A stretch of 64,000 bases of DNA, taken from assembly GCA_963662615.2 (NCBI GenBank), contig CAXXSR010000001.1, positions 1,056,001 to 1,120,000 on the forward strand, in the 5' to 3' direction. Shown piece after piece: positions 39,520-48,936 of the stretch. The stretch comes from Dehalococcoidia bacterium. GTDB taxonomy: Bacteria; Chloroflexota; Dehalococcoidia; Bin125. The position numbers were made by a program, and so were the translations under genes. The notes under the pieces are model-generated. The model was not told where the DNA came from. It ran no database searches and saw only the letters and a program-made list of their open reading frames with translations. The stretch's first letter is position 1. The number at the start of each line of letters is the position of its first letter.

Positions 39520-39557
39520 ACGTCGATCCTACTACGTCGCGCCCACAGCTCCGGCAG

Positions 39558-39971
39558 CTACAGCACTTGCGACAGCCGTCCGTCCAGCGCCGCGTTCGCC
39601 AGCGCGTCGGCGCGCGCGTTCTCGGCGCGCGGCACATGCTGGACGCTGAAGCCCTCCAGCCGCTCAATGAGCGCGGAGAGTCGCGCGAAGAGCGGCTTCA
39701 ACTTCGCGTTGCGAACGCGGTAGCGCCCCTCCAACTGTCGCACCAGCAGCTCGGAATCCAAATTTAATTCCAGGGCGGTTGCGCCCAGGGCCAGCGCCGC
39801 CTCAACGGCGGCGATGGCGCCTCGGTACTCAGCGACGTTATTGGTGGCGCGGCCAATGGCCTCCGCCAGAGCCCGCAGCTCCCCGCCGTTCTCGTCCAGC
39901 ACCGACACCCCGTAGGCGGCCGGTCCGGGATTGCCGCGGGCGGCGCCGTCGGCGTAGGCGATCAGGCGCAC
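39558..39971 (-). CDS. rnhA: Ribonuclease HI
   Basis: YADGAARGNPGPA, TNNVAEY, DSELLVRQ, HVPRAENARADALAN. Confidence 0.95.
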   Translation of the reverse strand: MRLIAYADGAARGNPGPAAYGVSVLDENGGELRALAEAIGRATNNVAEYRGAIAAVEAALALGATALELNLDSELLVRQLEGRYRVRNAKLKPLFARLSALIERLEGFSVQHVPRAENARADALANAALDGRLSQVL

Positions 39972-40014
39972 GGTGCACTGCCTCGCGCTGCGCCGCCCGC
40001 GCTGCCGCGTGGGA

Positions 40015-41442
40015 TCATGGGCGCAGGATCGTGCGCACGCGATCGTCGTCCACCAGCACCTTCTCCACCAGGTCGCGCACCAGCGCCTGCCGCTCCTCGA
40101 ACGGCAAGCGTCCCCACTCACTGCGCACCCGTTCGCGCTGCTGTTCCTGGTGGCGCCGGCGATCGCTGTCGGAGGCCTGCGCCTCGGCCCGATGAGCCAG
40201 CGTCGCCAGATCCGCCTCGGCCAGCAGATACTCTCCCGCGACCTCGTGCGCCGTCTCCCGAAGCTGCTCCGGCCGCAGCCGGCCGCCGGCGGCGAGCCCC
40301 AAGCTCCCGCTCAACTGCCGGTCCAGCGACCGCATCCGGCTCCGCACCCGCGCTTCCGCCATGGCCGTCTCCGCCGCTACCGCCTTCGAATCGCCGGCGC
40401 TCACCACCGTCGATTGCAGCGCCCCGCTCGCTTCACCCGTCAGGTGCCGCACCACCTCGGCCTCCAGGTCATCGGCCCGCTGCGTGTGGTACGCCCCCAC
40501 CGACTGATTCGTACGCGCCTCGCTCTGGTAGTAGCGATAGGTGCTCTTCACCACCTCCCCATCTCGACGCGTCCACTGCTGCCGTCGTGTGACGCCGATC
40601 ATCCGCGTGCCGCCGTCATTGCAGTGGACCAAGCCCGACAACAGAAAGTGGCTGGGGCGCGCCGGCGCCGCCGGCCGGCGGCGGCCCTGCATCCGCTCCT
40701 CCACGGCGTCGAAGTCGCTCACCGACACGATCGCGGTGTGGTTGCTGGGCACCCGTACCCCAAAGCGCGCATAGGTTCCCAGATAGACGCGATTGCGCAG
40801 CAGGTCGCGAATGGTGACCATGCTCCAGTTGCCGTCCCGGCGCGTGCGGTAGCCCTCTTCATTCAGACGCTTGGCGATCCGGCGGATGCCGAGCCCTTCC
40901 CGCAGGTAGAGGCGAAAGATATGGCGCAGCAGCGCCGCCTCGTCCTCTACGATCGCCAAACGCCCGTCCGCTCCGGCCCGATAGCCGTACGGCGGTCGCC
41001 CCAACACCTGCCCTTGGACTGCGAGTCGCCGCATCGCCTCCCGCACCCGCTCGCCCACCCCCGAAGACGCCCGTTGCGCCGACCACAGTTTCAGCATCCG
41101 CGCCTCGTCCAGCGCCCCTTCTTCCATGGAGATGACCCGCGCCCCGCTGGCCGTGATCTGAAAGTAGGCCCGCGCCGCCTCCGTAGCGCCCGCGCCCAGC
41201 CGCTCGAACGACGCCGCCACCACCACCAGGAACCCCTTCTCCGGCCTGCTGAGGTACTCCAGCAACTGCCGCAGACCCGGACGTTCCCCGTCGCCGCTGG
41301 GATCGAGGAATGCCGCCGCCGGCTCGTAGCCGTTCGCATCGCAGTAGGCCAGGAAATCGTCGTTTTGCTGCGACAGAGAAGCGCCGCGTGGCGCGTCGGC
41401 TCGCCTTCCCGGAAATTCGCTGAAGTAGCCAACGGCCCGCAT
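40015..41442 (-). CDS. Large serine recombinase-family protein with degenerate active site
   Basis: Resolvase-like N-terminus (RPGLRQLL), PPYGY, IAKRLNEEG, LRNRVYLG, LLSGLVHC, coiled coil; YxRxS and DRxxR motifs not conserved. Confidence 0.85.
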   Translation of the reverse strand: MRAVGYFSEFPGRRADAPRGASLSQQNDDFLAYCDANGYEPAAAFLDPSGDGERPGLRQLLEYLSRPEKGFLVVVAASFERLGAGATEAARAYFQITASGARVISMEEGALDEARMLKLWSAQRASSGVGERVREAMRRLAVQGQVLGRPPYGYRAGADGRLAIVEDEAALLRHIFRLYLREGLGIRRIAKRLNEEGYRTRRDGNWSMVTIRDLLRNRVYLGTYARFGVRVPSNHTAIVSVSDFDAVEERMQGRRRPAAPARPSHFLLSGLVHCNDGGTRMIGVTRRQQWTRRDGEVVKSTYRYYQSEARTNQSVGAYHTQRADDLEAEVVRHLTGEASGALQSTVVSAGDSKAVAAETAMAEARVRSRMRSLDRQLSGSLGLAAGGRLRPEQLRETAHEVAGEYLLAEADLATLAHRAEAQASDSDRRRHQEQQRERVRSEWGRLPFEERQALVRDLVEKVLVDDDRVRTILRP

Positions 41443-41463
41443 GCTGCTCCTAGGGCAGTGCTC

Positions 41464-42162
41464 TTACCGCAAGAAGACGATCCGTCCACAGGCAGGACAG
41501 TTCACCACCTCGGCCCCGCGCCGCGCCCGCGTCAGCATCATGGTCGGCAGCGTCAGCCGACAGGCGCCACAGACGCCGCCCTCCGCCACGGCCACGACCA
41601 GCGGATTGCGGCTGCGGTGGTCGTCGTAGACGGCCAAGTCCCCCTCTTTCATCGAGGCCCGCTGCTCGCCCGCTTCCACATCGATCGAATCGGATTGCTC
41701 GACCAGCTCGCGGCGTTGCGTCTCCAGCTCCGACTCCCGCTCGCTCCAGTCGGCCTCCACACGCTTCAACAGCCGCACCAGGTAATCGCGCGCCTCCCGG
41801 TCCAGCTCCTCCCGCTCCAGCTGGGCCAGCCCGCTCTCTTCCTGCGCCTTCAGCCCACGCCGCAGAGCAAATATCTCCTCCTGCAGGCTGCGCAGCTCGC
41901 GAGATTCGGTGATGGCGCCGCTGTAGAGCTTTTCCTCTTCCGCCGTGATCTTCAGCCGTGACGCCTCGGCCTCCGCTTCTTTCTTCTTGCGATCGCCGGT
42001 CGCCTCCTTGAGCAGCCCCTTCTGAGCGTCCACTTCGCCACGCAGCGCATCCAGAAACGGCGGCCGGCCCAACAACGCCTCCACCTCTTTGAGCCGCTTC
42101 TTGATCGTGTCTAACCGCCCATCCACCTCCTGGAGGGTGATCATCTCCGCGATGTTGTCCAC
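41464..42162 (-). CDS. Coiled-coil C4-type zinc-ribbon protein (DUF164-like)
   Basis: LQEVD...coiled coil...CGACRL...CPACGRIVF; GGAG SD before GTG 42162. Confidence 0.9.
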   Translation of the reverse strand: MDNIAEMITLQEVDGRLDTIKKRLKEVEALLGRPPFLDALRGEVDAQKGLLKEATGDRKKKEAEAEASRLKITAEEEKLYSGAITESRELRSLQEEIFALRRGLKAQEESGLAQLEREELDREARDYLVRLLKRVEADWSERESELETQRRELVEQSDSIDVEAGEQRASMKEGDLAVYDDHRSRNPLVVAVAEGGVCGACRLTLPTMMLTRARRGAEVVNCPACGRIVFLR

Positions 42163-42216
42163 GCGATTCTCCGCTTCGATTAGGTAACCACAGTCTACGA
42201 ACCGCGACTCGCGCCG

Positions 42217-42288
42217 CGCAAGCACCACCGCGGGCACCACCGCAAGCACCACCGCAAGCACCACCGCAAGCACCACCGCGGGCGCCGC
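42217..42288. repeat. 12-bp tandem repeat CGC(AA/GG)GCACCAC x6
   Basis: Visible in divergent intergenic region; last copy degenerate. Confidence 0.9.
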
Positions 42289-42327
42289 TTCCTCTGGTTG
42301 CAAGCCTCTGGTTGCTAGGATACTGCC

Positions 42328-42873
42328 GTGACCCGGCAACGTCCGCGCCCGGCCGACAGTGAGGCCTCCCTCTCGTTCAATGTCTCCACCCTGCTCGCCG
42401 AGCCCATCGGCAGCCAGCGGCGCCACACCATCGCCGAGGCGCCGTTCACCTTCAACGGCTTCGTCACGCGCGTGGCGGGAACCGTCGATTTCCTTCGCAC
42501 CGACGGCTCCATCATGGTCACCGCGGACCTGTCGCTGCACATCGAGGAGATCTGCGGCCGCTGCCTCCGACCCTTCGTAACGCCCTTCACCGTTCGCTTC
42601 AGCGAGGAGTTCTGGCCTGCGTTCGACCCTCTCACGCGCGAGCGCGTGCACGTCCCCGAAGAGCGCGAAGGCTTTCCCATCAGCGACGGGCACCTCGACC
42701 TTGGCGAAGCCATCCGCCAATATGTGGAGATGGCGCGCTCCATGCGGCCGCTCTGCGGGCGGCCGGCCTGCCCCGCGGTCGCGGAGCCGGTGCCCCTCGA
42801 CCGCCGCGACGAGGCGGCCGTCGACAGTCGCTGGGCCGCGCTCCAAACCCTGCGCGACCACCTCAACGAGTGA
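42328..42873 (+). CDS. yceD: YceD/DUF177 protein
   Basis: CGRCL, LDLGEAIRQ, PLC...C, DSRWAAL; upstream of rpmF. Confidence 0.9.
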   Translation: MTRQRPRPADSEASLSFNVSTLLAEPIGSQRRHTIAEAPFTFNGFVTRVAGTVDFLRTDGSIMVTADLSLHIEEICGRCLRPFVTPFTVRFSEEFWPAFDPLTRERVHVPEEREGFPISDGHLDLGEAIRQYVEMARSMRPLCGRPACPAVAEPVPLDRRDEAAVDSRWAALQTLRDHLNE

Positions 42874-42905
42874 TCGGCGCGCGCGGCCTGCGAGAGGACT
42901 AGGCT

Positions 42906-43091
42906 GTGGCCCCGCTACCGAAACGCAAATATGCCAAAACCCGACAACGGCTGCGGCGGCACCACCTTGTGCAACGCCGCGCCACCTTGACCACCTGTCC
43001 CACCTGCCACTCCACCACGGTCGCGCATCAGGTCTGCTACGAGTGCGGCCGCTACCGGGGCCGGCAAGTGCTGGAAGTCGGCGAGGAGTAG
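42906..43091 (+). CDS. rpmF: 50S ribosomal protein L32
   Basis: PLPKRK...CPTC...HQVCYECGRYRGRQV. Confidence 0.95.
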   Translation: MAPLPKRKYAKTRQRLRRHHLVQRRATLTTCPTCHSTTVAHQVCYECGRYRGRQVLEVGEE

Positions 43092-43093
43092 GC

Positions 43094-44044
43094 ATGGGCG
43101 CCGCGCTTACCGCCCCGGCCTGGCTCTTCCCAGGACAGGGCGCCCAGAAGGTGGGTATGGGCCGCGACCTTTACGAAGCGATCCCGCAAGCACGCGAGAT
43201 CTTCGAGCGCGCCGACGCCGCCCTCGACCGCCCCCTCTCCGAGATCATCTTCAACGGCCCGGAAGAGACGCTGGTGCAGACGGTCAACGCCCAGCCCGCC
43301 ATCTTTACCACCAGCCTCGCCTGCCTGGCCGGCGCGCGGGCGCTCAACGCCGATCTTCGCGCGCCCCCCGCCTTCGTCGCCGGCCACAGCCTGGGCGAAT
43401 ACACCGCCCTGGTCGCCGCCGGCTCCCTCGCAATCGAAGACGGCGTCCGCCTGGTCCAGCGGCGCGGCCGCCTCATGCAACGGGCCGGCGAAGAGCAGCC
43501 CGGCACGCTCGCCGCCATCTTGGGCCTGGGCGAAAATGAGATCGAAGCCGTCTGCCTGGAGACCGGCGCCGAGATCTGCAACGTCAACGCCCCCACCCAG
43601 ATCGTCGTGGGCGGCAGCCACCCCGCCGTCGCCCGCGCCATGGACCTCGCCCGGGCCCGCGGCGCCCGCCGCACCCTTCCCCTCCGGGTCAGCGCCGCCT
43701 TCCACTCCTCCCTCATGCAGCCGGCCGCCGACACCATGAAGCGCGAGCTGGAGCGGGTGTCCTTCCAGCAACCCCAAGTGCCCCTGGTCGCCAACGTCAC
43801 CGGCGCCGTCATCAATTCCAGCGACGCCGTCCGCACCGAACTTGCCCAGCAAGTGGGCCGCGCCGTCCGCTGGCGCGAGTCCGTCGAGTTCATGCTCGCC
43901 GCCGGCGTCCGCACTTTCGTCGAGATCGGCCCCGGCACCGCGCTCACCAGCCTGGTCAAGGCCGCCGCCAAGGACCTCAAGCTCACGCTCACGCTCACGC
44001 TGCACAACTTCAACACCATCGACTCGATCCGCGGCGGCCGCTAG
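43094..44044 (+). CDS. fabD: Malonyl-CoA:ACP transacylase
   Basis: FPGQGAQ, AGHSLGEY, VSAAFHS, EIGPG. Confidence 0.96.
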   Translation: MGAALTAPAWLFPGQGAQKVGMGRDLYEAIPQAREIFERADAALDRPLSEIIFNGPEETLVQTVNAQPAIFTTSLACLAGARALNADLRAPPAFVAGHSLGEYTALVAAGSLAIEDGVRLVQRRGRLMQRAGEEQPGTLAAILGLGENEIEAVCLETGAEICNVNAPTQIVVGGSHPAVARAMDLARARGARRTLPLRVSAAFHSSLMQPAADTMKRELERVSFQQPQVPLVANVTGAVINSSDAVRTELAQQVGRAVRWRESVEFMLAAGVRTFVEIGPGTALTSLVKAAAKDLKLTLTLTLHNFNTIDSIRGGR

Positions 44045-44061
44045 CCGCCCAAGGGCGGACC

Positions 44062-44538
44062 GTGGCCAAGATCTACAAGCGAGCCCGCGTTCGCGCCTTC
44101 CGCGCCCTCTTCGAGGCGGAGTTCGGCCGCTGTGCCGCTCTGGATGCCCTCCGCCGCGACCTCGCCGGCCCCGAGGGCAGCCACGCCACCGTCTCCAACG
44201 CCGACCGTGCCTACGCCGAGGCCCTGGTCCAGGGCCTGCAGCAACACCGTGAGCAGCTGGACCGCATCATTGCGGAAACGGCGCCCCGCTGGCCGCTGGA
44301 CCAGATCGCCGTCGTGGACCTCACCATCCTCCGCATTGCGCTCTACGAGCTCCTGGTCAATAATGCCGCCGTCCCCACCGCGGCCGTGATCAACGAAGCC
44401 GTGGAGCTGGCCAAGACCTACGGCGCCGACGCGAGCTCCCGCTTTGTCAACGGCGTCCTGGGAACTGTCAGCCGCGACCGCCTGGCCGCGCCGGTCGCTC
44501 GGAAACCGGAATCGGAGGAACCGCATGGCTCTCTATGA
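44062..44538 (+). CDS. nusB: Transcription antitermination factor NusB
   Basis: [27 protein letters not shown]. Confidence 0.95.
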   Translation: MAKIYKRARVRAFRALFEAEFGRCAALDALRRDLAGPEGSHATVSNADRAYAEALVQGLQQHREQLDRIIAETAPRWPLDQIAVVDLTILRIALYELLVNNAAVPTAAVINEAVELAKTYGADASSRFVNGVLGTVSRDRLAAPVARKPESEEPHGSL

Positions 44539-44782
44539 GCGGATCCGCGGGATTATCGAGAACCAGTTGGGCGTCGACGCGGAGCAGGTCACGCTCCAAG
44601 CCTCGTTCGTCGACGATCTCGGCGCCGACTCGCTCGACCTTGTCGAACTGATCATGGCCTTCGAGGACGAGTTCAAAGACGAGGTGAAGGAGCTGGAGAT
44701 TACCGACGAAGAGGCCGAAGGCCTCGCTACCGTCCAGGCCGCCATCGATTTCCTCGTCAGCAAGGGCGTGCCCAAGGACTGA
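44525..44782 (+). CDS. acpP: Acyl carrier protein
   Basis: [18 protein letters not shown]. Confidence 0.97.
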   Translation: MALYERIRGIIENQLGVDAEQVTLQASFVDDLGADSLDLVELIMAFEDEFKDEVKELEITDEEAEGLATVQAAIDFLVSKGVPKD

Positions 44783-44798
44783 TCGTCGCCCCGGACGG

Positions 44799-44892
44799 CG
44801 CCACTGTCTTCGCACCACTGTCTTGGCGCCACCCTCTTCGCGCCACGGTCTTCGCGCGCAACGGTCTTCGGCCCACTGTCTTCGCGGCCCAC
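44799..44892. repeat. Degenerate ~14-bp tandem repeat (CCACTGTCTTCG core, ~6 units)
   Basis: Visible between acpP and tatB. Confidence 0.75.
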
Positions 44893-44959
44893 AGCGGCGC
44901 GCTAAAAGATCGGATACGCTGGAGCGGGCGCGCGTCCGCGCAGCGCACGCGGGAGCGGC

Positions 44960-45487
44960 ATGGAACTCTTCGGCATCGGCATCCTTGAGATCCTGCTCAT
45001 CTTCGTGCTCTTCGCCATCATCTTCGGTCCTCACCGCCTCCCCGAGATCGCCGCACAGTTCGGTCGCGCCGTCCGCGTCCTGCGCGCCTACGCCCGCGAC
45101 TTCCGCGACGAATACCTCACCGACATTGAAGAGATGAAGGATGAGGTGCTCGATCTGCGCCAGGACCTGCAGGCCACCGACGCGGAATTGCGCCGCGAGG
45201 TCCAAGACGTGGATCAGGAACTCCGCATGGCCGTGCGCGAAGCGGAGCGCGACGCCGAGAGCGTCGTGCGCGAGACCAAGGAGGGGGCGCTGGGCAAGGA
45301 GTCGCCCCCATCACCGGCTGGCGGGAACGCGTCTCGCCAAGAGCAAGCAATCCCGCGCCGGCGCTTCGCCAGGCGCCGCGCGCGGACGAGCGCGCCTCCC
45401 TCCTCCCGCCCGACCAACGTCATCTCCATCGCCGCGCGCCGGCCCGCCCGCGGGGCGCCCTCTCGCGGGGTGAAGGATCGCCCCTAA
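44960..45487 (+). CDS. tatB: TatA/TatB translocase subunit
   Basis: GIGILEI...IFGPHRLPE; long charged tail; upstream of tatC. Confidence 0.8.
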   Translation: MELFGIGILEILLIFVLFAIIFGPHRLPEIAAQFGRAVRVLRAYARDFRDEYLTDIEEMKDEVLDLRQDLQATDAELRREVQDVDQELRMAVREAERDAESVVRETKEGALGKESPPSPAGGNASRQEQAIPRRRFARRRARTSAPPSSRPTNVISIAARRPARGAPSRGVKDRP

Positions 45488-45493
45488 GCCACC

Positions 45494-46267
45494 GTGGCCA
45501 CCCAGCCCGACCCAGAGAGCGACCCCGACCCCGCCGCCGGTCAGCTCCTCACCCTGGGCGAGCACCTCGCGGAGCTGCGTCGGCGCCTGACTATCTCGCT
45601 CCTCGCTCTTCTCCTCGCCACAGTCTCCGCCCTCGTCTTCGCCGGGGACATCATGAATTACTTGCTGGAGCCGGCCCGTGACGCCGATCCGGGCTTTGAC
45701 CCCATCTTCACCGAGCTGCTCGGCTACGTCTCGGCCTACGTCAAGGTGGGCCTCCTCGTCGGCGTCGCCGGGGCCATGCCCGTGGTGCTCTACCAGATGC
45801 TCGCCTTCATCAAGCCCGGCCTTACCAAGCGGGAGCGCCGCTGGGTGATCCCCATCGTCCTGCTTGGCGCCCTCTCGTTCGCCGGCGGCGGCGCCTTCGC
45901 CTTCTACATCGCCTGGCCGCCCGCGCTCGACTTCCTCCTCAATTTCGGCGACGATATCGCCGACGCCGAAATTCGCATCAACAACTACATTGACATGCTC
46001 TCCCGCTTCATCTTCTGGACCGGCCTGGTCTTCCAGATGCCCCTGTTGCTCATGGGCCTGGGAGCGCTGGGGCTGGTCCGCGCCCGGCGTCTCATCCGTG
46101 GGTGGCGCTGGGCCGTGATCGGCACCTTCCTCATCGCCGCCCTCATCACCCCCTCCATCGATCCCGTGACGCAGGCGACGGTTGCCCTGCCCCTCATGGC
46201 CCTCTACGGGCTGGGCGTGCTCCTGGTCTGGCTCGTGCAGGATCGCGGCCTCGGCCGCCCCCTCTGA
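45494..46267 (+). CDS. tatC: TatC translocase
   Basis: EHLAELRRRL, FIKPGL, FQMP, ITPSIDP. Confidence 0.95.
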   Translation: MATQPDPESDPDPAAGQLLTLGEHLAELRRRLTISLLALLLATVSALVFAGDIMNYLLEPARDADPGFDPIFTELLGYVSAYVKVGLLVGVAGAMPVVLYQMLAFIKPGLTKRERRWVIPIVLLGALSFAGGGAFAFYIAWPPALDFLLNFGDDIADAEIRINNYIDMLSRFIFWTGLVFQMPLLLMGLGALGLVRARRLIRGWRWAVIGTFLIAALITPSIDPVTQATVALPLMALYGLGVLLVWLVQDRGLGRPL

Positions 46268-46463
46268 CCGCCGCCCCCTCCCACGCACGACAGCCCTCAC
46301 GGCTGAGCCTGCCCTGAGAACCCTGTTGAACCTCGTTATGCCCCTGAGGATGCCCTCACAAGGATGCGATGCCCAGCCGGCCGTGTTACTTCTGGGGAGC
46401 TACCGCTGAGAGAGTGGCGGCCGCGGCGCACGAACCCGCGGCGACGAGAGCCACGGTGTCGCC

Positions 46464-47093
46464 ATGGACCTCGAACAACTTCACGACGTCAACGAGCGCA
46501 TCGCGTCTTGCATCGCCTGCCCGCTCGCCGCCGGCCGCACCCGCACCGTCCCCGGCGATGGCGACCCCAACGCCGAGCTGATGTTCATTGGCGAAGCGCC
46601 GGGCTTTCACGAGGACCGCCAGGGGCGGCCGTTCGTGGGCCAGTCCGGCAAGATCCTGGATGACCTCTTGGCCACCATTGGCCTCAGCCGCGCCCACGTC
46701 TTCGTGGCCAACATGGTCAAATGCCGCCCCCCCAGCAACCGCGACCCTGAGATCGCCGAGATGGCCGCCTGTGAGCCGTTCCTGAGCGAGCAGATTGCCG
46801 GCATCCGCCCCAAGCTGATCGTCCCCCTCGGGCGCATCGCCCTGCAGTACTTCGTCCCGGGAGCGACCATCTCACGCACGCACGGCAAATCCGTCCGCGC
46901 CGGCGTCCACCTCATCTACCCCGTCTATCATCCCGCCGCCGCCCTCCGCCAAGGCGCCTTACTCCGCGTCCTGCGCCAGGATTTCCAGCGCATCCCCGAA
47001 CTGCTCGCCGGCGCCCCGCGCCCCACGGTGCAGGAAACCGTGCAGGAAGAGGCCCCCGCCCAGGAAAGCGCATCGCAGCTGCCCCTTCTTTAG
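46464..47093 (+). CDS. Uracil-DNA glycosylase family 4
   Basis: IGEAPG, PFVG, KCRPP, YHPAAALR with Fe-S cysteines. Confidence 0.95.
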   Translation: MDLEQLHDVNERIASCIACPLAAGRTRTVPGDGDPNAELMFIGEAPGFHEDRQGRPFVGQSGKILDDLLATIGLSRAHVFVANMVKCRPPSNRDPEIAEMAACEPFLSEQIAGIRPKLIVPLGRIALQYFVPGATISRTHGKSVRAGVHLIYPVYHPAAALRQGALLRVLRQDFQRIPELLAGAPRPTVQETVQEEAPAQESASQLPLL

Positions 47094-47130
47094 CCGCAGT
47101 GCGCCGGGCCCCATCCTGCCGTACCGTGGT

Positions 47131-47214
47131 CGCATGACCAGGCGCATGACCAGGCGCATGACCAGGCGCATGACCAGGCGCATGACCAGGCGCATGACCA
47201 GGCGCATGACCAGG
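47131..47214. repeat. Perfect 12-bp tandem repeat CGCATGACCAGG x7
   Basis: Directly visible just upstream of rnj. Confidence 0.97.
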
Positions 47215-47222
47215 CTGGCCCT

Positions 47223-48890
47223 GTGAAGGAGGTTCCGGCCAACGCACTGCGCGTGGTCCCGCTGGGCGGGCTGGGCGAAATCGGCCGCAACATGATGGTC
47301 TTCGAGACCGCCGACGACATGGTCGTCGTCGACGCCGGCATCATGTTCCCGCCCCAGGAGATGCTCGGTGTTGACGCCATCATCCCGGACATCACCTACA
47401 TCACCGAGCGACGCGCCAAGCTGCGCGCCTACCTGATCACGCACGGGCATGAGGATCACATCGGCGCTCTGCCCTACGTGGTGCCGGAGATTCCGGCGCC
47501 CATCTACGCCACCCGCCTCACGCAAGGGCTCATCGACGTCAAGTTTCGCGACCTCCGCGGCGAGAACATCGAACGGGTCACGCTCACTCCGGACTTCCGC
47601 GCGGACTTTGGCTCAATTCAGGCGGAATTCTTCTCCGTCGCCCACTCCATTCCCGACGCCATGGGCATCGCGCTGCGGACCCCCGCCGGCCTCGTCGTCC
47701 ACACCGGCGACTTCAAGATCGACCACACGCCGGTGATGAGCCCCCCCACCGACCTGCCCCGCCTGGCCGCCTACGGCGACGAGGGCATCCGCCTCCTCTG
47801 CAGCGACTCCACCTACGCCGACCGAGCCGGCCACACCCCCTCGGAGCGCGTCGTCGGCGAGGCCCTGGAGCAGATCATGCTGACCGCACCCGGACGCGTG
47901 ATCATCGCCACCTTCGCCTCCCAGATCGCCCGCGTGCAGCAGATCATCCACGGCGCTCAGGCCGCCGGCCGCACGGTCTTCGTGACCGGCCGCTCCATGG
48001 TCCAGAACGTGCGCATGGCGCGGGAGCTGGCCTACATCCAGGCCGAGGCCGGCGCCATCCGCGACATCAGCGAGCACGCGCGCTTCCCCGACGAGGAGGT
48101 CCTCATCATCTGCACCGGCGGCCAAGGCGAGCCCATGTCCGCCCTCGCGCGCATGGCCACCGGCGACCATCGCGACGTCACCCTCAAGCCCGGCGACACC
48201 GTCGTGCTCTCCTCCAGCCCCATCCCCGGCAACGAGGCCGCCGTCAACCGCACCATTGACAACCTCTACCGCGTCGGCGCCGACGTCCGCTACACCGGCG
48301 GCGGGGACCAGGACGTCCACGTCCACGGCCACGCCGCCCAAGAAGAGCTCAAAACGGTCTTGGGTCTCACCCGCCCCCACCACTTCATCCCCATCCACGG
48401 CGAATTCCGCCACCTGACGCACCACGTCCGCCTCGCCGCCGCCACGGGGGTGCCCGGCGACCAATGTCATGTGCTCGTGGACGGCGCCGTCTTCCAGATC
48501 ACCGCGGACACCGCGACCACCTTGGAGGACGTCCCCGCCTCCTACGTCTACGTGGACGGCCTCAACGTCGGGGGCGTGGACCACACGGTCCTCCGCGACC
48601 GCCGCCATCTCGCCTCCGAGGGCGTCGTCGTGCTCGTCGTCGCCGTCGATCACCAGACCGGGCAGATCGTCGGCGACGTTGACCTCGTCTCCCGAGGCGT
48701 CGCCGACTTGGACGAATCCCCCGAACTGAACAAGCGCACCGTCGATCGCGTCTATGAGGCGCTCGGCCGCGAGGATCACCCTGTGGAGTGGAACCTCCTG
48801 CAGGACATCCTCAAACGTGAGATCTCCAAGTTCCTGTACCGCGAAACTCACCAGCGCCCTATGGTGTTACCGGTGGCTGTGGAGGTCTAG
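47223..48890 (+). CDS. rnj: Ribonuclease J
   Basis: PLGGLGEIGRN, THGHEDHIG, HTGDFK, PIHGE. Confidence 0.96.
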   Translation: MKEVPANALRVVPLGGLGEIGRNMMVFETADDMVVVDAGIMFPPQEMLGVDAIIPDITYITERRAKLRAYLITHGHEDHIGALPYVVPEIPAPIYATRLTQGLIDVKFRDLRGENIERVTLTPDFRADFGSIQAEFFSVAHSIPDAMGIALRTPAGLVVHTGDFKIDHTPVMSPPTDLPRLAAYGDEGIRLLCSDSTYADRAGHTPSERVVGEALEQIMLTAPGRVIIATFASQIARVQQIIHGAQAAGRTVFVTGRSMVQNVRMARELAYIQAEAGAIRDISEHARFPDEEVLIICTGGQGEPMSALARMATGDHRDVTLKPGDTVVLSSSPIPGNEAAVNRTIDNLYRVGADVRYTGGGDQDVHVHGHAAQEELKTVLGLTRPHHFIPIHGEFRHLTHHVRLAAATGVPGDQCHVLVDGAVFQITADTATTLEDVPASYVYVDGLNVGGVDHTVLRDRRHLASEGVVVLVVAVDHQTGQIVGDVDLVSRGVADLDESPELNKRTVDRVYEALGREDHPVEWNLLQDILKREISKFLYRETHQRPMVLPVAVEV

Positions 48891-48936
48891 CCCTCTCCGG
48901 GGTGAGCGCTGCTGTGCGCAGCGGGCGGGACCGGGC

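Noticed and set aside
40015-41442. Prophage or ICE integrase marking a mobile element
   Set aside because: Flanks are core genes, no cargo or att duplication is visible, and the catalytic motifs are degenerate
24346-47214. Tandem repeats at 24346, 42217 and 47131 as CRISPR arrays
   Set aside because: Units are 12-15 bp, directly adjacent, with no unique spacers and no cas genes
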